A DNA stretch of 64,000 nt from Candidatus Bathyarchaeota archaeon (GCA_963827165.1 CAWGZR010000004.1:1-64000), one strand, 5' to 3'. Counted from the stretch's first letter, positions 1-10,243 are shown. The notes: a model not told the origin generated them from the letters alone. Translations and numbers: made by a program.

Positions 1-47
1 ACTTTTAACCTTAGATTTCCATTGTAAACAGCGAAGGATGGGTACCG

Positions 48-722
48 ATGCGTTTGGTTGTGCGTTTAGGCGGTTCAGTGGTTGCGTCGCCAGTCAATAT
101 AGAGCTCATGGCAAAATATGCTGATTTGATAAATACGGTGAAAGCGCAGGGGCACGAGATAGCTGTGGTCGTCGGTGGAGGCGCGTTGGCGAGGGAATTC
201 ATAAAGATCGCTAAAGATTTAGGGCTAGATATGCAGGGGCAGGATGAAATTGCAATTTCGGTATCCCGACTTTACGCGCAACTATTCCTAAAACGACTTG
301 GCAAAGCGGGATGCAGCAAAGTGGCCATTACGCTTGACGAGGCCGCGCAATGTTTCAGCGAAAGAAAGATTGTTGTTATGGGTGGTCTCAAGCCTGGAAT
401 CACAACGGACGCGGTTGCCGCGTTAGTCGCCGAACGGTTAAAAGCGAATTTGCTGGTGAAAGGCACGGACCAAGAAGGCGTTTACGACAAGGATCCGAGA
501 ACCAACTCAGACGCAGTTAAAATGGATAACTTAACTTTTGAAGATTTGCCGAAGATTTTCGGGGATAGCATTCACAGGGCTGGAATTCACCAAATAATTG
601 ATCCTGAAGCTATCAAGGTTCTGAAGCGGCACAGGGTCAAACTCATCGTTGTCAATGGATTTAAACCCGAAAACATTTTAGCTGCAGTCAATGGCGAAAA
701 AGTTGGCACAGTGATCGGTTAG
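48..722 (+). CDS. pyrH: UMP kinase, archaeal type
   Basis: Amino-acid-kinase motifs VRLGGS, VVGGG, MGGLKPGITTD, GVYDKDP, IIDP; 224 aa. Confidence 0.93.
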   Translation: MRLVVRLGGSVVASPVNIELMAKYADLINTVKAQGHEIAVVVGGGALAREFIKIAKDLGLDMQGQDEIAISVSRLYAQLFLKRLGKAGCSKVAITLDEAAQCFSERKIVVMGGLKPGITTDAVAALVAERLKANLLVKGTDQEGVYDKDPRTNSDAVKMDNLTFEDLPKIFGDSIHRAGIHQIIDPEAIKVLKRHRVKLIVVNGFKPENILAAVNGEKVGTVIG

Positions 723-889
723 TTAAATATTGAAAGAAGACTTCTTTTTAAACCACACAAAGTTATGTGTGCCCTGCGGGCTCAATTTGGACAAATTTCC
801 GAGGGTTGCTTTTGGGATGAGCTCGTTCTCTTTCTCAACATTCAGTACGTCTTTTTTAGTCGTTGAATTTTGTACACAATATCACCAAG

Positions 890-958
890 TTTAAATATCA
901 CTTGCGATATCGCATATGAGTTCAAAAACGATATCGATAACGATATCGCAGGCGATAT
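890..958 (+). promoter_or_regulatory. TATA box followed by array of CGATATCG palindromes (probable PadR operators)
   Basis: TTTAAATA at 890-897; TGCGATATCGCA 903-914, CGATATCG 929-936 and 941-948, partial GCGATAT 952-958. Confidence 0.65.
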
Positions 959-960
959 TA

Positions 961-1566
961 ATGGGTAAAGAAGAAAAAAAGCAAATCAAAGAAGAAATGC
1001 GTGAAGAAAAACACATGATGTTTCACGGACGGAACTGGCTACGACACAACGCCATGGTCCCGAAAGGTTTCCTGCGTTACCATGTGCTTGAAGCGCTTAA
1101 TGATCATCCAATGTCAGGCTCCGAACTCATGGAACAAATCGGAAAGCACACCGGAGGAACATGGAAACCCAGCCCGGGCTCAATCTACCCGCTGCTCGCT
1201 TACCTCCAAGACAACAGCTACGTAAAGGAGCTTCCAACAGAAAACGGTTTCAAAAGGTACGAACTAACAAAAAACGGCAAAGAATTTCTCGATGATCAGA
1301 CAAAAATCAGAGAGAATTTCACTCAAAACTCAGGATTTCTAGCAAGCCCTTTCTTTGACAGATTCTTTGGAAATATCCCTGAGGAAAAATCAAACGAAAT
1401 CCGCAACTCAATGAGGCGCCTTTTCGTGTCGTCAATTAAGCTCGGCAAAGCTTTGAGAGAAAACTACTCAGAGAAAGAGCTGGATGAAGCATTGAAAGTT
1501 CTTGATGAAACATCTGGAAAGCTTGAGGAAATAAAGAAGCGAGTAAAAGGCGACGAACATGAGTGA
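961..1566 (+). CDS. PadR family transcriptional regulator (start 961 preferred over 916)
   Basis: LRYHVLEAL..PMSGSEL..W.PSPGSIYPLL..L..KRYELT..G PadR signature; overlaps ABC ATPase start. Confidence 0.88.
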   Translation: MGKEEKKQIKEEMREEKHMMFHGRNWLRHNAMVPKGFLRYHVLEALNDHPMSGSELMEQIGKHTGGTWKPSPGSIYPLLAYLQDNSYVKELPTENGFKRYELTKNGKEFLDDQTKIRENFTQNSGFLASPFFDRFFGNIPEEKSNEIRNSMRRLFVSSIKLGKALRENYSEKELDEALKVLDETSGKLEEIKKRVKGDEHE

Positions 1567-2566
1567 AGCTGACGAAATAATAAAGGTTGAAGGATTAACA
1601 AAAGTCTTCAATAACAGCTTAACCGCTGTGGACCATATAAACTTCAGTGTCAAACACGGAGAAATCTTTGGTTTTCTGGGTCCCAACGGCGCAGGCAAAA
1701 CAACCACCATAAAAATGCTGATAACTGTTTTGAAGCCTACAGAGGGCAAAGCAACCATTTTGGGCGGAGACATCGCTAAGCAAAGCATGGCTGTACGCGG
1801 CGCCATTGGTGTCGTCCCGCAGGAATACACTGCCGACGAAGACTTGACGGGGTACGAAAACATCCTCCTTTGCGCGGACCTCTATGGAATCCCTCGTTCA
1901 GTTTCCAAGAAACGTGCAATGGAGCTTCTGCAACTCGTAGAATTAACCAGTTTCAAAGACAAAAGAGTCCAAACTTATTCAGGAGGCATGCGTAGAAGGC
2001 TGGAGTTAGCCAGTGGCTTGATCAACCGTCCCAAAGTGCTGTTTCTCGACGAACCCACGTTGGGCTTAGACGTGCAAACAAGGGCAGCGACTTGGAATTA
2101 CGTTAAGATGCTCAAAAAAGAGTTTGGGATGACATTGTTTTTAACAACCCATTATTTAGAAGAAGCAGATGCTCTCTGTGACCGCATAGCAATAATTGAT
2201 CATGGAAAAATAGTTGTCGTTGGCACTCCCACGGCTCTTAAAGACAGCTTAGGAGGCGACATCATGACTTTGGCTGTGCAAAAAGACGAAGATATAACCG
2301 CTTTGATCAGCAAAATAGAACATGTAAAAGATGTCAGAAAAGAAAACGGCGCCTACATAATAAAATCGGCAAACGGAGAACTAACCGCGCCTCTAATCAT
2401 TGAGGCACTGCGCAAAAATGGTCATGTTGTGACAAAACTTTCCCTGACGAAACCAACGTTGAATGAAGTTTATCTGCAGTACACGGGTCGCTCGATGCGT
2501 GACGCAGAAGAGTCCCGTGAAAATGTCATGCAGCAACGAATGGCCATGAGGAGGGCAAGACAATGA
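1559..2566 (+). CDS. ABC exporter ATP-binding protein (DrrA-like)
   Basis: Walker A GPNGAGKTT, signature YSGGMRRR, Walker B LFLDEPT, C-terminal PTLNEVYLQYTG. Confidence 0.93.
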   Translation: MSEADEIIKVEGLTKVFNNSLTAVDHINFSVKHGEIFGFLGPNGAGKTTTIKMLITVLKPTEGKATILGGDIAKQSMAVRGAIGVVPQEYTADEDLTGYENILLCADLYGIPRSVSKKRAMELLQLVELTSFKDKRVQTYSGGMRRRLELASGLINRPKVLFLDEPTLGLDVQTRAATWNYVKMLKKEFGMTLFLTTHYLEEADALCDRIAIIDHGKIVVVGTPTALKDSLGGDIMTLAVQKDEDITALISKIEHVKDVRKENGAYIIKSANGELTAPLIIEALRKNGHVVTKLSLTKPTLNEVYLQYTGRSMRDAEESRENVMQQRMAMRRARQ

Positions 2567-3402
2567 GCGAACAAGAAAAGGTTTCACAAAGCAAATTTCA
2601 TGGTCTTTGGGCATTGACTAACCGAGAGCTCAAGAAATGGTATCAGCAACCATTCGTTCTGGCGATGGGAATAATTCAGCCCATTTTGTGGCTTGCATTG
2701 TTAGGCAAGGCAATGAACATAGGCAATATCGTGTCGGGGATTCCTGGCGTCGACCCAAAAATTGTAATGATGCACACGTTTGGAACAACTAATTACTTCT
2801 CGTTCATGGCAATGAGCATGGTCGCGTTCACTGTAGTCTTTACGACGGCTTTTACAGGCATGTCGGTTGTTTGGGACAAACGCTTAGGATTCATGAACAA
2901 GGTGTTAAGCACCCCCGTCGCCCGGTCAGCCATAATCCTGTCAAAAGTGCTTTCTGCAAGTGTGAGAGCGATATTCCAAGCAGGAATTGTCGCTTTAGTA
3001 GCTTTCGCATTGGGGCTCACTTTGGGAACCAACTTCGGTTGGTACAGTATTCTTGGAGTCTTCGCTATAGTATTTCTCGTCAGCGTCGGCTTGTCATCGC
3101 TGTTTACTGCCTTAACATTGAGAACCACAAGAATGGAGATGCCTCAAGCAATCTTCCAACTGGTAACGCTGCCCTTGATGTTCGCGAGCAGTGCATACTT
3201 CCCAATCAACCAGATGCCCAGTTGGCTACAGGTGATAGCAAGCTGGAACCCAATATCCTACACGATTGACGCAGTAAGAAGACTAATGGTGTTCAGCGAC
3301 GGATTCGGACCTTTGACACTTGACTTTGCCTTCGTTGGAGCCTTCGCAGTTCTGGTGACAGCCATATGCGTTGTTCTCTCATGGCGATACCTGAATAAAT
3401 AA
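2563..3402 (+). CDS. ABC-2 type permease (DrrB-like)
   Basis: About 6 TM helices, LTNRELKKW..QP, WNPISY; ATGA overlap with ATPase. Confidence 0.9.
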   Translation: MSEQEKVSQSKFHGLWALTNRELKKWYQQPFVLAMGIIQPILWLALLGKAMNIGNIVSGIPGVDPKIVMMHTFGTTNYFSFMAMSMVAFTVVFTTAFTGMSVVWDKRLGFMNKVLSTPVARSAIILSKVLSASVRAIFQAGIVALVAFALGLTLGTNFGWYSILGVFAIVFLVSVGLSSLFTALTLRTTRMEMPQAIFQLVTLPLMFASSAYFPINQMPSWLQVIASWNPISYTIDAVRRLMVFSDGFGPLTLDFAFVGAFAVLVTAICVVLSWRYLNK

Positions 3403-3447
3403 ATACATCCGATGTTTAACAACGGAAATGCATGATGAGGAAAGACA

Positions 3448-4137
3448 ATGACAGCCTTGGTTGAAGCGATCGAACTTAGGAAAACGTATATGCTTGGAAA
3501 GGTGCCGGTTGAAGCAGTCGGTGGGGTAAATATGAAGGTTGAAGCAGGTGACTTCGTCTCCATACTTGGGCCTTCAGGCAGCGGCAAATCGACAATGCTG
3601 AATTTGATCGGCGCGCTAGACAAGCCGACTTCAGGAACGCTACTGATCGATGGCGTTGACATCTCCAAACTCAACGACAACCAGCTGACCGACCTGCGTA
3701 AGCGGATTGGGTTTGTTTTCCAATTCTTCAACCTAATACCCAGATTGACCGCCTTAGGCAACGTTGAATTGGCGATGTCGATTGCGGATGTTGGAAAGAC
3801 TGAGAGAAGGCAAAGAGCGATTTCGCTTCTTGAAACTGTGGGTTTGAAAGATAGGGTAAACCATAAGCCCGCAGAACTAAGCGGTGGACAGCAGCAGCGC
3901 GTTGCCATCGCTAGAGCGTTAGCGAACAACCCCAAGTTTCTATTATTGGATGAGCCGACTGGAAACATCGATTCTAAAACGGCGGCCGAAGTTGTTGGGT
4001 TGCTAAAAAAGCTCAACGTCGAAAATCATGTGAGTATCATAATGGTTACTCACGACCAGCATTTGGCAAGGGAAGCAAACAGGACTATGCAGATGTTTGA
4101 CGGAGTGTTAACGTCCGAAGTGGTGAATCAACAATGA
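3448..4137 (+). CDS. ABC ATP-binding protein, LolD/MacB family
   Basis: GPSGSGKST, IGFVFQFFNL, LSGGQQQRVAIARAL, LLDEPTGN. Confidence 0.93.
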   Translation: MTALVEAIELRKTYMLGKVPVEAVGGVNMKVEAGDFVSILGPSGSGKSTMLNLIGALDKPTSGTLLIDGVDISKLNDNQLTDLRKRIGFVFQFFNLIPRLTALGNVELAMSIADVGKTERRQRAISLLETVGLKDRVNHKPAELSGGQQQRVAIARALANNPKFLLLDEPTGNIDSKTAAEVVGLLKKLNVENHVSIIMVTHDQHLAREANRTMQMFDGVLTSEVVNQQ

Positions 4138-5477
4138 AAACGTACGATATTCTCGGCTACTCGTTTAGTGCAATAAAACTTCGCAAACTCCGCGCAGCCC
4201 TAACCACATTGGGCGTCATTATAGGCATCGCCGCTATCGTTGCGTTGCTCTCCATTACACAGGGCTTACAGGTAAGCATAACTAACGATCTTAACCGGGG
4301 GCTGTCAGCGAACACTTTGATTGTCGTACCAGGCAGCAACGCTTTGGGCGGTGTAGGCGGAGGAACCGACGCCGGCGGCTTAGGAGGAGGCAGAGCATCA
4401 AGAGCAACGGGAACCTCAAGCATAAACCTTGGCGGATCAGGCGCGGGAAGTTCGGGTTTCGCATTATACGATAATTACACTAGCCAAATTGACGCGTTGT
4501 CGCCATTGATCAATTCTTCGTTGGCCGTTGTAGAACGAGCCGGCTACGTTAACGCTGACGGCTTAAACAATTCAGCAACCTTTTACGGTGTGGATTTTAG
4601 TCAGTACGCACAGCAGTACCCCACAACGTTTGTCGCGATATCAGGTACCATACCGTTAAACCCAAGCAACAACGACATTGTGGTCGGCACAAGGGTTGTG
4701 GACCCGCAGGAAAACGGCACCACACTTTTCAGCGTTGGCAACAGTGTTGGTATTATCTGGACTAACGCGACTACACTTCAGATAGTGAACGAAACCTATT
4801 CGGCACAAGTTTCAGGAGTCCTGCAGAAAGTCGGGGGCTTCGGATTCGGCGGACCCTCAGACAACGGCGTATACATACCTCTGACCCAAGCTCAAAACTT
4901 CTTCGGAACAACCCAATGCGACTACATAATTGTCCAGCTCAAAGACAGCAGTAACGCGACAATATCAAATGTTTCTAAACTTATAACGGACCACTTCGAC
5001 GGTCAAGTAACAGTCATATCCTCAACCGCCGTTCTAAGCCTATTATCAACCATCTTTGGCACCATCCAGCTGTTTCTTGGAGGAATTGCCGCGATCTCTT
5101 TGCTGGTCGCAGGCATTGGAATCATGAACATAATGATTGTCTCGCTGATTGAACGCACTCGTGAAATCGGTATCCTCAAAGCTTTAGGAATGAAAAGCAG
5201 AACTGTGCTGTCGATTTTTCTTGGGGAATCAGCAATTATCGGCTTAATCGGAGCTTTGCTTGGGATACTTTCAGGCTGGATCTTAGCAAACATCACCTCT
5301 AGACTTCTCGGTTCAGGGGCATTCGGAGGCACAGGCTTCAAAGTAACTCCGCTGTTAACTCCTGAAGTTTTCGCAGGATCGTTGGCTTTCGGCATCGGTA
5401 TTAGCGTAATATTCGCCCTTTACCCAGCTTGGCGTGCATCCAAACTAAAGCCAGTGGAAGCTTTAAGGTACGAGTGA
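4134..5477 (+). CDS. MacB/FtsX-type ABC permease
   Basis: LTTLGVIIG, large extracellular loop, IMNIM..ERTREIG.LKA.G, YPAWRAS.L.PVEALRYE. Confidence 0.92.
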   Translation: MKTYDILGYSFSAIKLRKLRAALTTLGVIIGIAAIVALLSITQGLQVSITNDLNRGLSANTLIVVPGSNALGGVGGGTDAGGLGGGRASRATGTSSINLGGSGAGSSGFALYDNYTSQIDALSPLINSSLAVVERAGYVNADGLNNSATFYGVDFSQYAQQYPTTFVAISGTIPLNPSNNDIVVGTRVVDPQENGTTLFSVGNSVGIIWTNATTLQIVNETYSAQVSGVLQKVGGFGFGGPSDNGVYIPLTQAQNFFGTTQCDYIIVQLKDSSNATISNVSKLITDHFDGQVTVISSTAVLSLLSTIFGTIQLFLGGIAAISLLVAGIGIMNIMIVSLIERTREIGILKALGMKSRTVLSIFLGESAIIGLIGALLGILSGWILANITSRLLGSGAFGGTGFKVTPLLTPEVFAGSLAFGIGISVIFALYPAWRASKLKPVEALRYE

Positions 5478-5506
5478 TTAAGCAAGAAGCAGAGGTGCTT
5501 TCATCT

Positions 5507-5950
5507 GTGAAGCGGTTGTACCCTGATCAGCCAGTCGTGGGCGTCGGTGCAGTGATAATTAGAGAGGGCAAAATCGCGCTTATAAAACGGGGTAACGAAC
5601 CGGCTAGGGGCAAATGGACGATTCCCGGCGGTTTGGTTGAGCTTGCAGAGAGCCCGGAACAGGCGGTTGTTCGCGAGGCTAAGGAGGAAACTGGCCTTGA
5701 TGTTGAAAAACCAGTTTTGGTTGACGTTGTCACTAACGTCGATTATGACGACGAAGGCAAGGTAAAGTACCATTACGTTATCATCGAATATTTTGTACAT
5801 GTGACTACCGGAACAGCTCAGGCTTCAAGCGACGCCGTCGAACTACGTTGGGTACCATTTGATGAAGTAGAAGACTATGATTTGACTGCCTCTTTTCGGG
5901 TTTTTTTCAGTCACAACAGGGAAGAACTGGAGAGATCAAATTCGGATTAA
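5507..5950 (+). CDS. Nudix hydrolase (likely GTG start at 5507)
   Basis: Nudix box PGG.VE..ESPEQAVVREAKEETGL; GAGGTG SD-like motif at 5492-5497. Confidence 0.9.
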   Translation: MKRLYPDQPVVGVGAVIIREGKIALIKRGNEPARGKWTIPGGLVELAESPEQAVVREAKEETGLDVEKPVLVDVVTNVDYDDEGKVKYHYVIIEYFVHVTTGTAQASSDAVELRWVPFDEVEDYDLTASFRVFFSHNREELERSNSD

Positions 5951-5954
5951 CCTT

Positions 5955-7409
5955 TTAATTATTGAAGAATAGGCGCGTTTCACCCATTGTTTTGATATCC
6001 ATCGCTCTTACCCGTGCAACTATAGGGAAGTCGCTGACTACTTTTCCCAGCGTAAGGCAGTGATGCGGCGGCAAATCATGTGCTATTGAACGTACCGTTT
6101 CAGCATCTACCCTAGCGGCTCGGCTGACGACGTCGAGGTCATGTTCATTGGTGAAGTTAAAGAGAAAAATGTTGTCAGCCTGGCGGTAAATCGTCTCCTG
6201 AATTGTGTCTGGCTGGTTAGTGATGAAGGTTGTGAAGATGCCGAAGTGACGCATTCGAGTTACAATGTCGTCCCAGTAGGTTTCCCGCAGGTAAAGATGA
6301 GCTTCTTCCGCAAAGAGAAAAACCGCTTTGAGCTTCCAATTCGACAGTGAATCAACCAGCTTGCCCAACGCGTACTCCACGACAATTTGGCGGTCTATGT
6401 TCGAGGTGTTTTTCAGATTGATGACGATGGCGCCGCCCTGATCTTTGGATTTCAGGAGGCTTTCATCTAACAGGGTTGCTTCGCCTACTGAGTCGGTGAA
6501 GAAGCCCGAGTTGGCAAGGGAATAGAAACGGGAAGCCAAGGCGTCACGCACGTGTTGGTTGCAATTTAAATTGCGAATCTCTTCGCCTAGCTCCTGCATG
6601 TTTAGTTTTCCTTTTTCTTTTAGCATTTTCCAGATTCGGCGGAATTCGCGGGCTGAAGTTCCAGGCAGATGTAACGCGTTTACAAGTATCCCCATTACCG
6701 TGTTCAGATGAAGTTGGTCAAGCGCGACTTTGAAGTTTTGTCCTGGCGTTAACGCGTGGATTTTGTCGTAGTAGATGTTTCTTTTTCCGTCGTTGCTCAT
6801 GCCAAGGCTTGTGTATTCGCCGTTAAGGTCAAAAATGACTACGGTGGCTTTGTAACCCACCAAATTAACCATCAGCAGCTTGGAGAGGTGGGATTTGCCG
6901 CAGCCCTTCTTGCCTGTTATTATGTTTAATGTGCCATCTATTGCTGACGCGTCAATCGTAAGAAGCGAGGAGTCTTTGGCGCCGCCTAAAATTATGGGCA
7001 GTTTCCCGTCGACCTTGGCCAGTTTCATTAGCATGGGAACTGAAAGTTTTTTGATTGTGGATTGGGAACGGCTTGGAAGCCAACTGCTGCTTGGACTGAG
7101 CATGCCATTTTCCAAAGTTGCTCTTATCTTGCAAATGAGTAGGCTTGCGTCTTGTATGTACGTAATGTGCGGAGCGATTTCCATCGGGTCAATATCCTCG
7201 CCCTGCAAAGATTCTCCTCCGTCGGGAAGAGAACGCAAAAGCTCCTCAAGAACCCCCGGAACAGCGGCGAATTGCACGTCGATAACTTGAGCAATAAGGG
7301 CTTTTCCCGCGTCCTCATCTTCAACCAGCAAATAATCGCCTTTCTCAGCGTTCTCCGTTGGAAAACTGATTATTTGCAGGACGTTGCCTTCTTTTTTGTA
7401 GAGCTTCAT
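5955..7409 (-). CDS. herA: HerA-like (DUF87) ATPase/translocase
   Basis: Walker A TGKKGCGKS, IFDLNGEY, Walker B FAEEAH, TRMRHFG, ITNQP; N-terminal barrel-like region. Confidence 0.82.
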   Translation of the reverse strand: MKLYKKEGNVLQIISFPTENAEKGDYLLVEDEDAGKALIAQVIDVQFAAVPGVLEELLRSLPDGGESLQGEDIDPMEIAPHITYIQDASLLICKIRATLENGMLSPSSSWLPSRSQSTIKKLSVPMLMKLAKVDGKLPIILGGAKDSSLLTIDASAIDGTLNIITGKKGCGKSHLSKLLMVNLVGYKATVVIFDLNGEYTSLGMSNDGKRNIYYDKIHALTPGQNFKVALDQLHLNTVMGILVNALHLPGTSAREFRRIWKMLKEKGKLNMQELGEEIRNLNCNQHVRDALASRFYSLANSGFFTDSVGEATLLDESLLKSKDQGGAIVINLKNTSNIDRQIVVEYALGKLVDSLSNWKLKAVFLFAEEAHLYLRETYWDDIVTRMRHFGIFTTFITNQPDTIQETIYRQADNIFLFNFTNEHDLDVVSRAARVDAETVRSIAHDLPPHHCLTLGKVVSDFPIVARVRAMDIKTMGETRLFFNN

Positions 7410-8485
7410 GAGTAGATTTCTCCATTGCCGAAAGGCCCGAAAAGCACCCTGTGCATGTCAGGTCGGTTAACGATTTCTATTCCATGCTTTCGGGTGATGA
7501 AGTGCTTGATCGCTAAGACTTCGTTAGCCGTAAACGTGCACAGGATATGCGCTAAACGCAAGGTTTCGGGGTAGATTTGCGTGTAGAGGTCGTTGCCTAC
7601 CAATTTTTGCATTGCTCCAATTCTCTGCTCATTAAGTGTTTCTTTGTCGATGTCTAAGCGAAACGCGAAGTTCGCTCTATTAAGCCGCGCAACATAAACG
7701 TCGCCCAAAAGCATCATCGGCAACTTAGAATGCAAACCCGTGGTTTCAAGCAAATAAGGCGGTTCATGGTTTGGAAGTTGTTCAGTTATAAGAATCCCGT
7801 TTGTCCTCAAGGTGGTGGCTTTTGAGAAGGCGAGGACTACGCTGCTGTTTCTTCTTGCGTAGCTGAGGATTTCGCGAAGTCGCTGGGTTGGAGTGTCAAC
7901 GGTTCCCGAGGTAAGTGAGCCATCGAAGAGAATTACTCCGTCTTTTACGGTTTTAGCAAGCATCGTTTGCATCCATCTCTCTAGGAGGCTAGCGAGTCGC
8001 GTTGGCATCTGCATTAGGTTTGGGGCTGATTGATGCATGCTGCCGTAAGTGGTGCTGAAGTACGAATGCTCCAACGTGTTGTAGACGGAGTTTTTGTTGT
8101 CTTCGGTTATATGGAAAATGAAAGGGCCAAGACGAGTGTACTTGTAGCTATGGTTTTGGCGCCAAGTGATTGCTCCTCGAACGGCGATGATGATTCCTGT
8201 GCTTGTTTCGCCGATTTTCATTGTTGAGGTGTCGACGGCTGCGATTAGGGTTTCCTGATGGTCAGCTTTTATTTGGATTGGCTCGGGTCTTAATTGTATG
8301 CTGGATGGGTATTGTTCGGTTATGGCGGGTTGATGAAGGTTTTGGGGGTTTAGTTGGAAGGTTTGGTGTTGAACCTGTCGGAGGGAGTTGAGGCTTTGCT
8401 CAAAGAAGCGCTGTGGGAGGGCTGTGTCGATTGTAGGTTGCGGAAAGTTATATTTGTTAGTAATTGTATATTGTTCAATCACCAT
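7406..8485 (-). CDS. nurA: NurA family nuclease
   Basis: AAVDTS, LFDGSL, FSK, YPETLRLAH motifs; 4-bp overlap with herA-like gene. Confidence 0.8.
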   Translation of the reverse strand: MVIEQYTITNKYNFPQPTIDTALPQRFFEQSLNSLRQVQHQTFQLNPQNLHQPAITEQYPSSIQLRPEPIQIKADHQETLIAAVDTSTMKIGETSTGIIIAVRGAITWRQNHSYKYTRLGPFIFHITEDNKNSVYNTLEHSYFSTTYGSMHQSAPNLMQMPTRLASLLERWMQTMLAKTVKDGVILFDGSLTSGTVDTPTQRLREILSYARRNSSVVLAFSKATTLRTNGILITEQLPNHEPPYLLETTGLHSKLPMMLLGDVYVARLNRANFAFRLDIDKETLNEQRIGAMQKLVGNDLYTQIYPETLRLAHILCTFTANEVLAIKHFITRKHGIEIVNRPDMHRVLFGPFGNGEIYS

Positions 8486-8574
8486 GATTCACCAATATTC
8501 AACAACATGTTGGTGAAATATTTAAATATTGTGCATGTGCATCTTGCACAATACAATATACAACAAGTGAGAAC
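8486..8574. promoter_or_regulatory. Bidirectional promoter region with palindromic TATA flanked by two inverted repeats
   Basis: AATATTTAAATATT 8517-8530; TTCACCAA 8488-8495 / TTGGTGAA 8510-8517; TATTGTGCA 8527-8535 / TGCACAATA 8545-8553. Confidence 0.55.
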
Positions 8575-8982
8575 TTGACAGAAAGACAGCAAAACACTCC
8601 AATACGCGTAAAGATGAAAATCGGCGACATAGAATTCGAAATTGAAGCTCAACCAGACCAAATCCAAAGCACCGTCGACAAAATCCTACAAACCGTAACC
8701 GATCGTTTAAAAAGTACCAACCTTGCCCAAGTCGCCGAGCGACCAGCCCCACCCCCAAGAGCAGAAACATGCAAAGGCGTCATCCAAAAACTCTGGGAAG
8801 AAAACTGGTTCACTGAGCCAAGAGGCTTAGACGACGTCCACACCGAACTGGCCCGCAGAGGCTTCCACTACGACCGAACAGCCGTAGCGCACGCACTTGT
8901 CGACCTCGTAAAAGATAACATACTGACACGCATAGGCAAACCACGGCGCTACCAATACGCTCAGAAAAGACCACCAACTTGA
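8575..8982 (+). CDS. Small protein with C-terminal winged helix-turn-helix
   Basis: WFTEPRGLDDVHTEL..RGFHYDRTAVAHALVDLV..LTRIG..RRYQY fits a wHTH; divergent from nurA. Confidence 0.7.
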   Translation: MTERQQNTPIRVKMKIGDIEFEIEAQPDQIQSTVDKILQTVTDRLKSTNLAQVAERPAPPPRAETCKGVIQKLWEENWFTEPRGLDDVHTELARRGFHYDRTAVAHALVDLVKDNILTRIGKPRRYQYAQKRPPT

Positions 8983-9127
8983 GTTTTCCATCAGCCGCCA
9001 AGTTTCAAATATCAAGAGATCAAATCCACGAATCCTCTGAGTTAGCGAGTTAGGAAAGGTTTATACTTTATTTTTTTCATTATATTCGTGTAGTTTTTGA
9101 ACCGATTTTTGTCGGAGGTGAAAAATT

Positions 9128-9568
9128 TTGGCTGATATTATTGATACTGCCATGTCTTCGGACATGTTCAAAACTTTGGTCACGGCGATAAAAGCCGCAG
9201 GGTTGGTTGACACGCTTAAGGGTCCGGGTCCATTCACGGTTTTTGCCCCCACTGACGAAGCATTTGCAAAATTGCCTAAAGGCGCGCTTGATATGCTGCT
9301 CAAAGACACTGCGAAACTCAAGGACCTTTTGCTTTTCCATGTGGCTGACGGAAAAATGATGACGGCGGATTTGGCTAAGCACGAATATTTGCAGGCTCTC
9401 AATGGAGGAGAACTAAAGATTGACGCGAAAACTTGGCACCTGCATCGAAACATGAAAATTAATGGAGCAAACATCATCAAACCCGACTTAATGGTTGACA
9501 ACGGAGTTTGCCACGCGATTGACGCGGTTTTGATGCCGAAGATGGCGATGATGGATAAACCAATGTAA
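9128..9568 (+). CDS. Fasciclin (FAS1) domain protein
   Basis: GPFTVFAPTDEAFAKL, LLLFHV, NGVCHAIDAVL; GGAGGTG SD upstream. Confidence 0.92.
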   Translation: MADIIDTAMSSDMFKTLVTAIKAAGLVDTLKGPGPFTVFAPTDEAFAKLPKGALDMLLKDTAKLKDLLLFHVADGKMMTADLAKHEYLQALNGGELKIDAKTWHLHRNMKINGANIIKPDLMVDNGVCHAIDAVLMPKMAMMDKPM

Positions 9569-9646
9569 AACTAACCAAGCTATTGAAGAGCAAATCCCTT
9601 TTTTTAAGAACCAACTTTCAATTTAATCCTTCAAACGGGCTTAACG

Positions 9647-10243
9647 ATGCCTTTAACAGGGTCAAAAACCTCTGGAACCCTACTTTTTAGTCGGAAGCAT
9701 CCCAGTTCGGCATGTTCCTAATAGTCGCAGAGGCTGTGTACCCTAGCTACAGTGCCTAAGCTAATTGCATTGGCGATTTAGAAGCATGGGGCAAGCCTTC
9801 TGCTGTCCTATTTAACCCCTCAACCATCCTTTTCGGATTAACAGTTTTGGGAAGCTTATACTTCATAAACAAAGAATTCAAAAAACCCCATCTTCGCCAT
9901 CTTGTTCGGGTTGTCAGGCGCAGGTGCTTGGGCGTAGGCGTCTACCCGGAAAACACGTTCGTCATAAACGGCATATCGATTATTCATACCATTTGTGTAG
10001 GAACAGCGTTTATTGTTGGGGAATAACGGCGATTGCATCATTCAAATTTAGAAAGCCATCGCTAAGGTATGTCGGCGTAGTTTTAGGGGTTGCGGCGCTC
10101 TTGCATCTGTTCTGTTCAGGGCAACAAAAGACTTTGGTTACATGGGGCTCGGCATTGGTGGAATGGAAAGAATGATAGCCCACCTACCAATCCTATGGAT
10201 AATCGGTTACGGCGTATACCTACTTGGGAAAAACAACCAATGA
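9647..10243 (+). pseudogene. DUF998-like membrane protein pseudogene
   Basis: Frames join to SGTLLF..FGMFLIVAEAVYPSYSA*ANCIGDL..FNPS..GVGVYPEN..IHT..GIGGMERMIAH.PILWIIGYG; several frameshifts and one stop. Confidence 0.65.

Noticed and set aside
3258-4016. Long antisense ORFs over ABC, helicase and peptidase genes
   Set aside because: Shadow frames of well-supported genes on the opposite strand
9752-9770. GTGCCTAA resembling a dif-like arm
   Set aside because: Inside the DUF998-like pseudogene, no second arm, explained by codon decay
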